Shown here one piece after another: positions 49,113-60,361 of a stretch of DNA of 64,000 bases. Within the stretch, counting starts at the first letter, position 1. The number at the start of each line of letters is the position of its first letter. The notes beneath the pieces were generated by a model, which had not been told where the DNA came from, made no database searches, and saw nothing but the letters and a program-made list of their open reading frames with translations. Source of the stretch: Schmidtea polychroa (taxonomy: Eukaryota); the NCBI GenBank assembly GCA_044892525.1, contig CM097886.1, positions 93,186,001 through 93,250,000 of the forward strand. Reading direction: 5' to 3'. A program made the translations under genes and the position numbers.

Positions 49113-51351
49113 TTCTTGGGCTATCCCTGCTAATGTTTTTTAGCTGAATTTTCCGAATCGTTTCCGGATTTAATTGCTCCTTAGGTGGAGGTTTCATTTG
49201 ATCCTTTCTAGGACGTCCTCGTCCATCTTTTTTCACTTTCTCCGGGGGTTTTTCAGTCTCTGGATTTGTTATAGCTTGAGACGTAGTGGCTCCTACGTTT
49301 GTTTCTCCTGGATTTAATCTGACGTACTCTGAGAAGTAATCTTGCTCGTCAATGTCCACCATTTGACAGGGACTAATTTCCTCTAGCCTTATTTTCTCGA
49401 TCTCTTCCGCAATTTCATTTGCTATATCTGGCAGTCTCATTAATGACCACTGGGACTCAGGTGGAGTTACTGGGATGATCATTACCGTGGTTGTTGCCAA
49501 TGGTAGACAACCCACATCCACTAGATATTCATCGTCATCCACTTGCCTACCATGGACCATTATCAGGAATATACCTGTAGATTGATCGGTGGCAATCACA
49601 TCTCTCCTCAATATTTTAACCTTGATATAACAATTATAAATCATTGTTAATGGTTCTTTCCCCATCATTCTCACGTCTAGATTAATGTTGCCTTGTCTAT
49701 CAGGCTGACTTCGGATAGCTTTCCCATTTTTCCTCATCAGTGCCTCGATCTGCGTCTGGAATAGGCTTGTTTCCTTTACCACTGGTAGTATAAGCGGAAT
49801 GATTGCTTCCAACAAATCTACTGGCATTCGTAATACTAACATCCAGTCTAGTATTTCTTTTATAGTTTCTCCATCTCGTGGAGATTTCTGCAATTCCAAC
49901 CCTAGTCGCTTGGTTAATTGTTGAGTTTCCTCCAATCTCTCTATTTCCATCTGAGTAATCAAGAATACGCTATCTTGATCCATTACTGCTACTGGCTTCT
50001 GAGCTCTCTTTGCTGTGAGCTTCGTCACTCTACCTGGAAGTATCCCGTTCTGTAGAAGTGTTTGGTTTGCCTCTAATTTTATTCCGCATAAGTATAAGTC
50101 ATATCCTTGATGCTTAATACTTGTCAATGTTTCCGCTAATTTATCGGCTCGACTTCTTACGTTTATATCGAGATTATACTCTTTATCCTGTGGGAGTTTT
50201 ATATTGAGTTGGGCATCTTGGAGATCCTATTCATGTTCCATGAGTTTTCCTAATTTCCTTAGGATTTTGTACGTGTCGTTATGATACTTTGGATCATCTT
50301 CGACCTGCGATATCAGTTTTACTACTGTATCGATTTCGTGAATTTTAATTTCTGTTTCTCCCAATTTTCCCAATTGTCTGGCCAGCTTCTGCTGGTACTC
50401 ATATCTGGAATCCACCAGTTTTAAACATTTTGTTAGGGTATCTGACCCTTCTTTTACCTTTGCTTTCCCTGGCAAGGTTCTATCGAACTCGCTTAGTATG
50501 GTGGCCATACTAGGTTCATCATCGGAACTCTCCTCTGATTCCGTTTCCTGAAGGTCCTCTCTAACGGAGTCCTTTTTTCTGAGAAATTCATCTCTTCCAA
50601 CTACCATAAAGATGGTACCTTCTTGGTCGGTCAATCTAGCCAACCTATTCTTTTCCTCCTGGATTTCCATTTCCAGTTGTTGCAGATACGTTAAGCCTTG
50701 ATCCTGGTTAACCATAAAGGTCGTCTTAGACTTGTTCACATTACCCTTATCGGTATTTTTATTGAACTGCCTCGTGTTTCCACTCTGGTTCTGAGGACAT
50801 GACCTCATCATATGTCCAAATTTCCCACATCCGTGACATTTTATCTTTCCTGATGAATTTACATCATCTCTTTTGATTGTACTAAAATTATTGCTGTTCT
50901 GAGGACTTCTAGTTTTTCAGACCGCAGCAACATGTCCCTTACGTTTACATTTTTCGCATTGCAAATTCTGTACTCTACAGTTTTCCGCATCGTGGTTATT
51001 CCGTCCACATTTGGTACATTGTATACCTTTGCGATTGTCCATAATTTTCCTGCTGGTACAATCTTTCGCTATATGTCCTTTTCTATGGCAAATGAAACAC
51101 TCTACCGGTGTTCTCTCACTGTTTACCAGGAACATGGTTGACTTTTCCAAGCTGCTTTCAATTACGACAGCTTTCCGTGTCAATTCATCAAAATCGTCAC
51201 TAGTATGTAATATTAGAGCGTTCCTCATTGTAGGAGTTAGTCCTGCCCATAGCTGATCTTTAACTAACAATTCTGTTGGCTTTGCCCATGTGGTTTTTGG
51301 TCCAAATGCTCTTTCGGCAATTAATGATAGCTGGTGTGCAAATTCCCCCAC
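49090..51351 (-). CDS. gag: Gag C-terminal region and extension: four CCHC knuckles, ubiquitin-like domain (about 50005-50208), AT-hook (about 49201-49235); one frame with two in-frame stops
   Basis: CFICHRKGHIAKDC, CTKCGRNNHDAENC, CEKCKRKGHVAAV*, CHGCGKFGHMMRSC and KKDGRGRPRK. ORFs 50917-51351, 50227-50811 and 49090-50127 share a frame. Confidence 0.85.
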
Positions 51352-51411
51352 ATGTTCATTAGCATTCTGTTTTCGATGATAAAATTGTTGTCTAAATATT
51401 CTTGTTGTCTA

Positions 51412-51829
51412 AATTTTCGATCGATGTGAAATTCTAATGTCTATTGTTAAATCTCCAATTAGATAGGAGATGTAAAATTGCAAAATTAGTTTCGTTAAAT
51501 GTCAAATGACACAAATTTGTTTCTAATCAAATCGATTGCTTCTTTAACTACTACGTCTCAAATGTTTCTTTCGGTTCTACGTGTCTTAACTTTCTCTCCC
51601 CTCAATCTAATTTTTCAACTAGTATTTATATAAATTTATTTATTTTAAATCTATTAATAGTAATTATTTAATTACTATTTTTATTATATATTTTTAAACA
51701 ATTACTATTTTTGTTACCAATCTATTTTTAGTAATTATTTATTACTATTTATATTTTAATTCCAATTTTAGTAATTAATTATTATTTAATTTCAAAACTT
51801 TTGATTCCGGTTCCTACTGAACCCCAACA
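51412..51829 (-). repeat. Truncated 5' LTR (418 bp); the rest of the LTR, the PBS and the gag N-terminus are deleted
   Basis: Identity to the 3' LTR stops at 51412 and is followed almost directly by mid-gag sequence. Confidence 0.88.
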
Positions 51830-52655
51830 CTAGGAGATAATGCCTCATCAAGATCGATATTTTGTTAAAAATTAAATTAATTAAAAGCCAAATTAGGCAT
51901 TTATAAACTAATTGATAAAAACAAGGATCGAGAATGCAGTAAATTTAAATAGAGTATGTTGGATGTTTGAACGTGATTAAAACCGAATCGAATACACCCA
52001 GATAATCCGGCAAGCTCACGGACGTGAATAGATGGGCGTATACAGGTGTATGAAGAGATAGATGGGGAGGCGAATACCTATGTGTGTACACGCATACAGG
52101 GATATGTCTGAAATGGAGTGTGAGTAACGACAAGCGGGAAATCTATGAATAAAGAAAACGTGGTTTTGTATTTTGTGTTTGGGTTACTAAAAATGGAACG
52201 ACACTCAATTGGTAGGAATAGACGGGGACCTGAATAAAAAATCGGACATAAGCCTTCTATCGGCAGTCCGTGAACCCCAGTTGGTGCTAGACAATTATAG
52301 TATGCTACGCATGCTCACTTTTTGCTAGTACTCAAACCCTTGATACAGTACCAACGTTGATTGCTCAACGGGTATCAAGTGGTCAGCTGTCAATTGTATT
52401 CTGGGTTATGCTGGAAACAGCACGAGTAGGTAGAAACCTTGAATTACCTGTATATATATATATTTTAATTGAATTTTAAAAACGTATAAATTAAATGTAT
52501 AATCAATTTAAACACTTGGTTTAATTTTATAAAAAAACTGGCCATGTATTTGCATCGTATAATAATATATACCTTTTGCTTTTTAAATAGATTTGTGTTT
52601 TTTTTAATATAATATATTTATGTTAACATAGTTTTTAATGTGAGAAACGCTGTAA

Positions 52656-52727
52656 CCGTTTGCGGACGTAATTAATTTTAATTAAACCATTTAAGCCCAT
52701 CACTGCTGGCCTACCGTCCGCAAACGG
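52656..52727. mobile_element. 72-bp piggyBac-like mini-MITE
   Basis: ccgtttgcggacg...cgtccgcaaacgg, flanked by gtaa / ttaa. Confidence 0.5.
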
Positions 52728-53149
52728 TTAAACTCTAACATTTATTTATAATATTTATTTTTAATTTAATATTTAATTTAATATGTGGGTTAAGTGACGT
52801 GTTTTCATATTTCATACTTATATTAATAAGAATAAAAATAATTCTAATAACAATATAATATTAGCATAACCAATGCTCATCGAGTCACCCCTCATTGTTA
52901 AGAGTGTGGTTTTGATGTCCTTTGGGGCTAATGCGTTAATAAATAATTCAGTGACAATAAGTCCATATTTCATTTGGTATATATATTTTTGTATCTCAGT
53001 TGTGTTTTGGTTTAATTTTGTTTTATGTTTGTTATCTTGCTGTTTTCATGCATATTTTTGCTTGTGGTTTTGTTTCGGAACTTTTCAATCCTATTTGTTA
53101 GTACTGTATCATTTTCCTTACCCCAAGAGCGAAGCTTGACTAGATCGGC

Positions 53150-53600
53150 CAAGGTGGTTTTGTTAATAAGGTTCGGTCGTAGCCTTTTGTCTGTCCGGAA
53201 ATTTGTTGTTCACTATCTATTTGGAATCCTTTAGTTAAATTGGCGTTCAGGTAGAAAGCAAACAAAAGTAGCTCTTAAAGAAAACGCCCGTGATTTGCGA
53301 ATTCTCGACCAGTGTACCCATGATAACTGCCATGTTGATACTGTACATTGTCATTGAAAATGGAGTTTAGAAATTCTTGTTGAGGTCGTCATCACTGGAT
53401 GTGGTTGTCATATTTAGTTATGTCTTAATAAGCCTGTCGATAGTTACTTTTCCTCTTCGATCAAAGTATTGCTGTAATTCGAATATTAGTCATTTGTTAT
53501 CCTTCCATGTGAGGATATTCGTGGTTACATGCTTGATCATATATTTCTCTGGAATAGCAGGTTCATGTATTTTGGTCATCTCCTTATAGTTGTCTTCGGG
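53150..53600 (-). pseudogene. Degraded Penelope-like reverse transcriptase remnant
   Basis: Frameshifted TNI(P)HMEG and FNDNVQYQ..G..MG-like motifs. Confidence 0.4.
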
Positions 53601-54865
53601 GCTTAGGTTGTTCATGTTTATGTTCAGTGCAATATCTTCTATTAAGTTGAGTATTTTGTGATGTTTTCAAGTTTTTCTAGTTATTTTTCTAGAATTTAGA
53701 TTATAAATAGATAATAATTATTTAGTTTGAATAAATTTAATTATAAGTAAACTAATCAAACTAATCATTTTGATTGACTGGTTGCTCACATTATTCAGAA
53801 AATTGAGTATAAATTCATTTACAAATTATCAAAATCAACCAATTACCTTATAAATATTTAAATAATTATCGTTAAATTCCAAAGTAGACTGATATAAGCC
53901 CTCTTATTGATTACATTAAATCATCGAATAAACCTGTAAATTCATTTGACAATATTCTACCAATTGTTATATCCACGCAAATGATTGATTCGCTACCCCA
54001 AAATCATCTACAAAGCACGAAATTTCTAAAAAATATCTATCCATCTTTAAAGATTTATGAGAGCAATAAGTACCTGTAGAAAATCAAAAATTCCATTTTT
54101 AATATTAAATCAATAAGACTTCTTAAAATATCTTTAAATGACTATATCTCTATATTCTACATCTCTTAACTTAGATCTTAATTCATATAATCTAAATATC
54201 ACTCGTTTAAGATCAATAAAAACAACGATAATTAAAATTGATTAAACCTTTGTTCTAAAGTTAAATCACTCCTAAAAATTTAAAATAAAATGACCTAAAG
54301 ATTTTATACTACTGATAAATTCACTCTTAACCGATATGAAATTGGTAATGAAAGCAAGTTGATAACAAAAAAAATTGTGTCTAAAATTTCATCATAAAGT
54401 CTTTTTAAAATGAATTTTCAGTCGGTATTTATACTGATTTTGATTGTACGCCAACGCACTCCCTGCTACTATATCCAATTGGGATGCAAGTAATTTTGAA
54501 TTCATTTACAGACATGCATGAGTGAATGCTTTTATATTAATTTAATTGATTGGTTTACTTAATCGAATTATTTAAATAATTTTATTTTTTATTACTTGTA
54601 TTTATCTATTTTAATGGAAACTTTTAATTTCAATTTATTTCATTTTTTAAATAAATTTTTTCTGTTCATTTTCTTAAAGTATGCACTCTTTGCCATAGCT
54701 CCTTCGTATGTAAATACGAGCTATGACATTCCTAATTAATTCGATTATGGCCTTTCGTATGTAAATATGACTATAACTATGACCAGTATTCATTTTTAAT
54801 TTTTTATATTATCAATTATTTTATTTATTCTAATTAATTTGATTATGGTCTTTTATATGTAAATA

Positions 54866-56615
54866 AAGTGAACGCTCTATATAAGCAACCTCTTTTTAAG
54901 CAACACTTTTTATAAGCAACCTCTATACAAGCAACTTTTTTGAGTTTAACTGAACTGTATAAGCAATTAATTGTAAAATCAGCTGTTCACGACAAATTAA
55001 TTTGAAATTTTAAAAAGTTCTGTTATTGTAATATGTTTGTTTTTTGTGCTGCCAGTATTGAAGAATAGTTAAGTGCATTCTGTTATTTCTGTTAATTAAT
55101 AAATAATTATATTTTTGTTTTCAATTCAGCCATAAAATATGAATCAGAAGAAAAAAGACGTTCTATTGCGTTAAAAGATAAACTATCCATTTTAGAGAAC
55201 ATTGAAATGGTAAAAAATCAAAGTTGCTAAATCTACAATAAGTAGAGTAAAAAAAATAAAGAAAATTTAGAAGAATATGCATCCAAAACCTATGTGAATC
55301 AGAATAAGATTAAGCGAATAAAGACAATAAAATATAGCGAAATCGATGATACAGTGTTTTCTCGGTTCTTGGAGTGACGAAAATAAAACGTTTTAGTTCC
55401 AAATGGAATTATTAAATTAAAGGCAGCTGAAGTTAATAGATTGAATAATGGTCCTGAAACATTTGTAGCAAGTGATGGATGATTAACGAAATTTAAAAAA
55501 CACCATGGTATACGGATTTTGTCTGTTTGTGGAGAGAGTATGTCTTGCAATGTGGAGCTAGCAAATTCGTTCAAAATTTCAAAATTATATTGATAAAAAT
55601 GGCTTTTTGCCTGAACAAATATATAATTGCGATGAAATATATAATTACACAACAAAACTAATATTTCAAATTTTGAAAAATCTCCTGCTGGGAGAAAACA
55701 ATGAAGGAACGAGTAACAATTATGCTATGCGTAAACACTAGAAATACGCATAAATTAGATTTGATGATGATAAGGAAATCGAAATATCCTCATTGCTTCA
55801 AAAATATGGAGTTGCCAATATATTAAAAATCATCTAAAAATGCTTGGCAAACTTAAACACTTTTTAGCGGCTGGTATAATGAAATATTTATATCTTCAGT
55901 AACTCGACACTTGGAATCTAAAAGCCTTCCAGCAAAGGCTCTTCTCTAAGTAGATAATGCAATTTGTCATGGGTTAGAGCATAATTTTAATAGTAACTCG
56001 AATTTCAAAGTTATGTTTTATCCCCCAAATAACACACCATTATTGCAACCATTGGATCAAAATGTGATAAAATCACAAAAACAACGCTATCGGAAACATT
56101 TACTTGCATGTCTTGAAGCCTTAGGTGCAGAAGGTTGAATAGTTTCAGCACTTAAAAATATAAATTTGAAAGATGTTGTTTATTTATTGGTGCAGGCATG
56201 GAATGATATTCCCGTGTCAGTATTACAAAAGTCATTTAAATATCTTTTTCCGTCAAGTGATGAAATTCCATACAACATTCATTCTGATCACTTTTCAGAA
56301 GAAGACGATATTCTCTAGCAAAATTTTATAATTCGATATTTAATGATTGTAATTTGGCAGATACTGAAATTTTGGATTGGGCAAGTGGAACAAGCGAGGA
56401 ATATCATTTATTTGACCTTAAAGAAAATCCAGAATTAGAACATGAAACTGTTTCTGTTGATAGGGTTGCCAGATTTTCAACAAGACAAACCGGGACAATC
56501 CCGGAAAACAGGGACGTCTGGCAACCCTAGTAACTATATAAAAAATTAAAATAATAAACCAAGCATAAATATAAAAATCAATAAACTCACATTTTTTAAA
56601 TAATTAAATAGCTTT
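54866..56615 (+). mobile_element. pogo/Tigger-like DNA transposon remnant (transposase pseudogene about 55140-56330; right end lost)
   Basis: CENP-B-type HTH motifs (KKRRSIALKDKLSIL; FVASDG*LTKFKKHHGI), EQIYNCDE, KERVTIMLCVN, DNAICH and LQPLDQNVIK. Left terminus aagtgaacgctctatataagcaac follows a TA. Confidence 0.85.
56461..56529. mobile_element. 69-bp hAT-type mini element
   Basis: tagggttgccaga...tctggcaacccta terminal inverted repeats with internal ccgggac motifs. No 8-bp TSD. Confidence 0.6.
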
Positions 56616-57414
56616 ACAGACGCGAGCAATGTCATTTTTGTGTTGGGTTGTTAGTTTATCTCGCGTCTGTGTGCGCTTTCTTTTCTTTGTTTTTGGCTTG
56701 TGTGCGCACACAGACGCGAGCAAGAAGTATGGCAATTTTATTAAGTAGTTTTGTAATTTTTTTTGATTTAGAAGTTAATTAGATTTTTGAATGTGAATGG
56801 ATTTAGAGAGTTGTTAATGGTATCGATTTCGGTTTTTTGGAGTTTATGATTTTTCGGATAAAAGATGGCTGCTTTTAATGTAGAAATTTATGAATCTGAT
56901 AACTCCATACTACCAACGAAACTGATGGTTCATTTTTTATGATCCCAAGAGATCCTGATAACTTTAATGGTGTTTTTGGCCAACTAATATTAAATTTATT
57001 TGGTGGATGGATTTCCGTTGGTATTCGATGCAATAATTGTGATGTAGTAGCTACACAAAGAAAGGTTCCAGATAAAATGATTGAGAAGAGTTCAGCTACA
57101 AGATTGTTTAATATTACTGAAAGTACTGGAGTTGTTATGACTGCTATGATCCCTGATTATCGATCTCAAGTATGTCGTGCACAAATGGAAGCAGCTCGAT
57201 TTAGATATAAACATGGATATGAAATGCCTTGTGACATAATATGTCGTTCTATTGCGGATATTAAGCAGCTTTCTACCCAATCAACTGAGACGCGACCATT
57301 AGGTTGTTCAATGATGGCATTATCTTATGGTATTGAAATGGACAAATTGTTATTATTCAAAACCGGCTCTGTGGATGAAAATAAAATTATTATTCGTTAT
57401 CTTGAATTTAAACA
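56616..57414 (+). repeat. 5' LTR of copy B (first 67 bp missing), containing the PSMA6-like ORF 56939-57520
   Basis: About nine substitutions relative to the 3' LTR. The ORF reads through the LTR end into the PBS. Confidence 0.88.
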
Positions 57415-57432
57415 TGGTAGCAGAGCGTGGTT
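57415..57432 (+). promoter_or_regulatory. Primer-binding site complementary to animal-type initiator tRNA-Met
   Basis: TGGTAGCAGAGCGTGGTT immediately after the LTR's terminal CA, complementary to CCA plus the AGCAGAG-type acceptor stem. Confidence 0.88.
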
Positions 57433-57560
57433 CCGGCTAGCCAGCCGGAACAAGGTAATTAATGATTATAAAATGTCTTTTTTGTGTTTATGTATATTAT
57501 GGGTATTATGTGTTTACTAATATTTCTGTAAAATTAACCATTCTCCCTTCCCTACCGAGC

Positions 57561-59342
57561 ATGGGAGGGTGCTGCTATGGGCCCCAGCACTCTTTTAAAG
57601 GGGGAAGCCAGGGGAACAGGATAAAGAACAGAGCTAAGTCAAGGGTGAGGGCGAGCGAGGTAATGGGTTTTGAATTGCGATGGGAAAGTATAAATCAAAT
57701 ATTTGTCAAAACTCTTACTGGTAAGACAATTACTCTTGACGTTGAATTGAATGGCACGATTGAAAAGGTAAAAGGAAAAATTCAGGACAAAGAAGGAATT
57801 CCGTTAAATTATCAAAGGTTAGTCTACGCAGGGAAGCAATTAGAAAATAAAAGAATGTTGAATGATTATAGCATACAAGTAGGTTCGACACTTCATTTGT
57901 CACTCAGGCTGTGCGGTGGCAATGACGAAGAGATTTTAGAAGAAGAATTGTGGAAAAAGAGAATGAAAAAAAGAAAATTAACGAGATTTAGAAACAAGAT
58001 TCTGAATGATATAAAGGGTAAGGATGTTAGCAAATGGTTGGAGGAATATGAAGATCAAAAGGAGAGTCTAGATGAAGAATTAAGAGATCTAAGAACGATC
58101 AGTGAAAAATTGCAAAGATTGGACATCAATGCAATCTTAGATAAAGACCTGGAGGAGATCGAGGAAAAACATCAAATAATTGGGGCATTGATGGAAAGAA
58201 AAGCAAATCAATCTTTTATGGAAAAGAAGGAAAAGGTGAATGATGATACCATCAAGAAGAATAATGCAGTGCATAAAAGAAAACTGGAAAGTCTACAGAA
58301 AATTACAATACCTGTCTTTGAAGGCAAGATGAAAGAGTACGAACCATGGCAAGCAGCTTTTACGGCGTGTGTTGACGAAGCGGAAGGTGATGAGGTTGAA
58401 AAGATGTTTCACCTGCACAAGTACCTTCACGGAGAGCCATTAAAGTTAATTGAAAATCTAGGATATTCGACAGAGGCTTATCAAATGGCAAAAGAGAAGT
58501 TGGATAGGCGATATGGTGGGGATGAAAGGATATATTTATCAATGTTAGAGGAGATGGAACAGTTCAGGCCAATTCGAGAAGGAGATTTGAAGGATCTAGA
58601 CTTATTTGTTGGATTATTAGAAGCAGTCACCGTGCGATTTAAATCCATTGGGAAAGATTCCGAGTTAAATACTGGATATCTTTTTCAAAAGTGTTTGGGC
58701 AAGTTAACAACGGATCTTGTGTATAAATGGAAGAAAGAGAAAATAGAAAAGGAATTGCGGGAGACGATAGAGAATTTGAGAAGATGGATACAACAAGAAG
58801 CGGAGATCCTAAGGTCCACTAACGAGGTCGTGTATGGGACTCAACCATGCACCAGGGCTTATGATGGGTCAAGAGTAGAAGGTGTGTCTGTAGAAAGAGA
58901 AAGCTTCAATCCAGGAGGTTGGACGCATTTTACGGGGCAACCAGATGGCAAAGTTAAAAGTGGAACGGTTATACAGGTGAATAACTCTAACGGCTATAGA
59001 TCAGAGTGTGTACAATGTGGTGGTCAACATTACCTAGACCAATGTGACAAGTTTAAGCAACTCACAACATTAAGTGAAAACTGGTCACTAAATGAAATGC
59101 AACAGGGAAAAGGGTGGAATATTGAATTGGCGAAAAAGGGAGAAAGAATAATGGAGAGATTACACCTAAACAAACTGAACAGAGACAGGTGCTTGGCCGA
59201 GTATAGCGATGGTGGGTGGAGAATCCACAATGATGTTTCAAAAAAGGTGCGTGGTGCGGCGGCTTATATAATACAAAGATGGGTTTGTGAGGGTTATTGG
59301 AGATTGAGCCAAAATGCAGAAAATGGAGGGGCGAAGGGATAA
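57561..59342 (+). CDS. gag: Ubiquitin-Gag fusion, copy B (ubiquitin 57693-57920), knuckles deleted and fused in frame to the pol remnant
   Basis: Near-identical to 14786-16292. An 845-bp deletion at 59067/59068 relative to copy A. Confidence 0.88.
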   Translation: MGGCCYGPQHSFKGGSQGNRIKNRAKSRVRASEVMGFELRWESINQIFVKTLTGKTITLDVELNGTIEKVKGKIQDKEGIPLNYQRLVYAGKQLENKRMLNDYSIQVGSTLHLSLRLCGGNDEEILEEELWKKRMKKRKLTRFRNKILNDIKGKDVSKWLEEYEDQKESLDEELRDLRTISEKLQRLDINAILDKDLEEIEEKHQIIGALMERKANQSFMEKKEKVNDDTIKKNNAVHKRKLESLQKITIPVFEGKMKEYEPWQAAFTACVDEAEGDEVEKMFHLHKYLHGEPLKLIENLGYSTEAYQMAKEKLDRRYGGDERIYLSMLEEMEQFRPIREGDLKDLDLFVGLLEAVTVRFKSIGKDSELNTGYLFQKCLGKLTTDLVYKWKKEKIEKELRETIENLRRWIQQEAEILRSTNEVVYGTQPCTRAYDGSRVEGVSVERESFNPGGWTHFTGQPDGKVKSGTVIQVNNSNGYRSECVQCGGQHYLDQCDKFKQLTTLSENWSLNEMQQGKGWNIELAKKGERIMERLHLNKLNRDRCLAEYSDGGWRIHNDVSKKVRGAAAYIIQRWVCEGYWRLSQNAENGGAKG

Positions 59343-59495
59343 AATGGCGAGGGAAGTGCAAGAAATGAAGGGGAAAAGGGATAAACTGACACGGGAATGT
59401 ATCTTCAAATTATGTTGGAGTATAAAAGAAGAAGGAGAAGCTGATGGGGATTTGAGATTGACACTAAGGTGTCAAGGGGGGGGGGGGGGGGAAGA

Positions 59496-60361
59496 TGGTA
59501 AATTATGAGCTCAATACGCGTCTGTGTGCGCGTTGTATTGTGTGATGGGTTTGTGTGCGCACACAGACGCGAGCAATGTCATTTTTGTGTTGCGTTGTTA
59601 GTTTATCTCGCGTCTGTGTGCGCTTTCTTTTCTTTGTTTTTGGCTTGTGTGCGCACACAGACGCGAGCAAGAAGTATGGCAATTTTATTAAGTAGTTTTG
59701 TAATTTTTTTTGATTTAGAAGTTAATTAGATTTTTGAATGTGAATGGATTTAGAGAGTTGTTAATGGTATCGATTTCGGTTTTTTGGAGTTTATGATTTT
59801 TCGGATAAAAGATGGCTGCTTTTAATGTAGAAATTTATGAATCTGATAACTCCATACTACCAACGAAACTGATGGTTCATTTTTTATGATCCCAAGAGAT
59901 CCTGATAACTTTAATGGTGTTTTTGGCCAACTAATATTAAATTTATTTGGTGGATGGATTTCCGTTGGTATTCGATGCAATAATTGTGATGTAGTAGCTA
60001 CACAAAGAAAGGTTCCAGATAAAATGATTGAGAAGAGTACAGCTACAAGATTGTTTAATATTACTGAAAGTACTGGAGGTGTTATGACTGGTATGATCCC
60101 TAATTATCGATCTCAAGTATGTCGTGCACAAATGGAAGCAGCTCGATTTAGATATAAACATGGATATGAAATGCCTTGTGACATAATATGTCGTTCTATT
60201 GCGGATACTAAGCAGCTTTCTACCCAATCAACTGAGACGCAACCATTAGGTTGTTCAATGATGGCATTATCTTATGGTATTGAAATGGACAAATTGTTAT
60301 TATTCAAAACCGGCTCTATGGATGAAAATAAAATTATTATTCGTGATCTTGAATTTAAACA
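59496..60361 (+). repeat. 3' LTR of copy B (866 bp) with the PSMA6-like ORF 59886-60368
   Basis: TG...CA. A 13-bp deletion relative to the copy A LTR separates the MAAF leader from the PSMA6 frame. Confidence 0.88.

Larger units (their letters stand above)
37995..51829 (-). mobile_element. Giant env-bearing Ty3/Gypsy LTR retroelement (13.8 kb)
   Basis: 4-bp TSD CTAG at 37991-37994 and 51830-51833; TG...CA termini; PPT (agggggaaga) beside 39048; domain order PR-RT-RH-IN. Confidence 0.93.
56616..60361 (+). mobile_element. BEL/Pao-type LTR retrotransposon derivative, copy B (LTR-PBS-Ub-Gag-remnant-PPT-LTR)
   Basis: 799-bp direct repeats 56616-57414 / 59563-60361, PBS directly after CA, G-rich PPT before TG at 59496, and no RT or integrase. 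Confidence 0.92.

Noticed and set aside
49130-49145. A-AAA-AAC slippery heptamer at the junction between the Gag extension and env
   Set aside because: A -1 shift hits TAG within two codons; env is in the +1 frame, so a homopolymer indel is the simpler explanation.
44870-50920. In-frame TGA/TAG codons as a reassigned genetic code or readthrough
   Set aside because: They replace different expected residues (Cys, Gly, Tyr), which fits point mutations or errors, not recoding.
51990-52450. GC-richer stretch with QIIRQAHG..MGV, possibly an integrase zinc-finger remnant
   Set aside because: Many stops and no second confirming motif.
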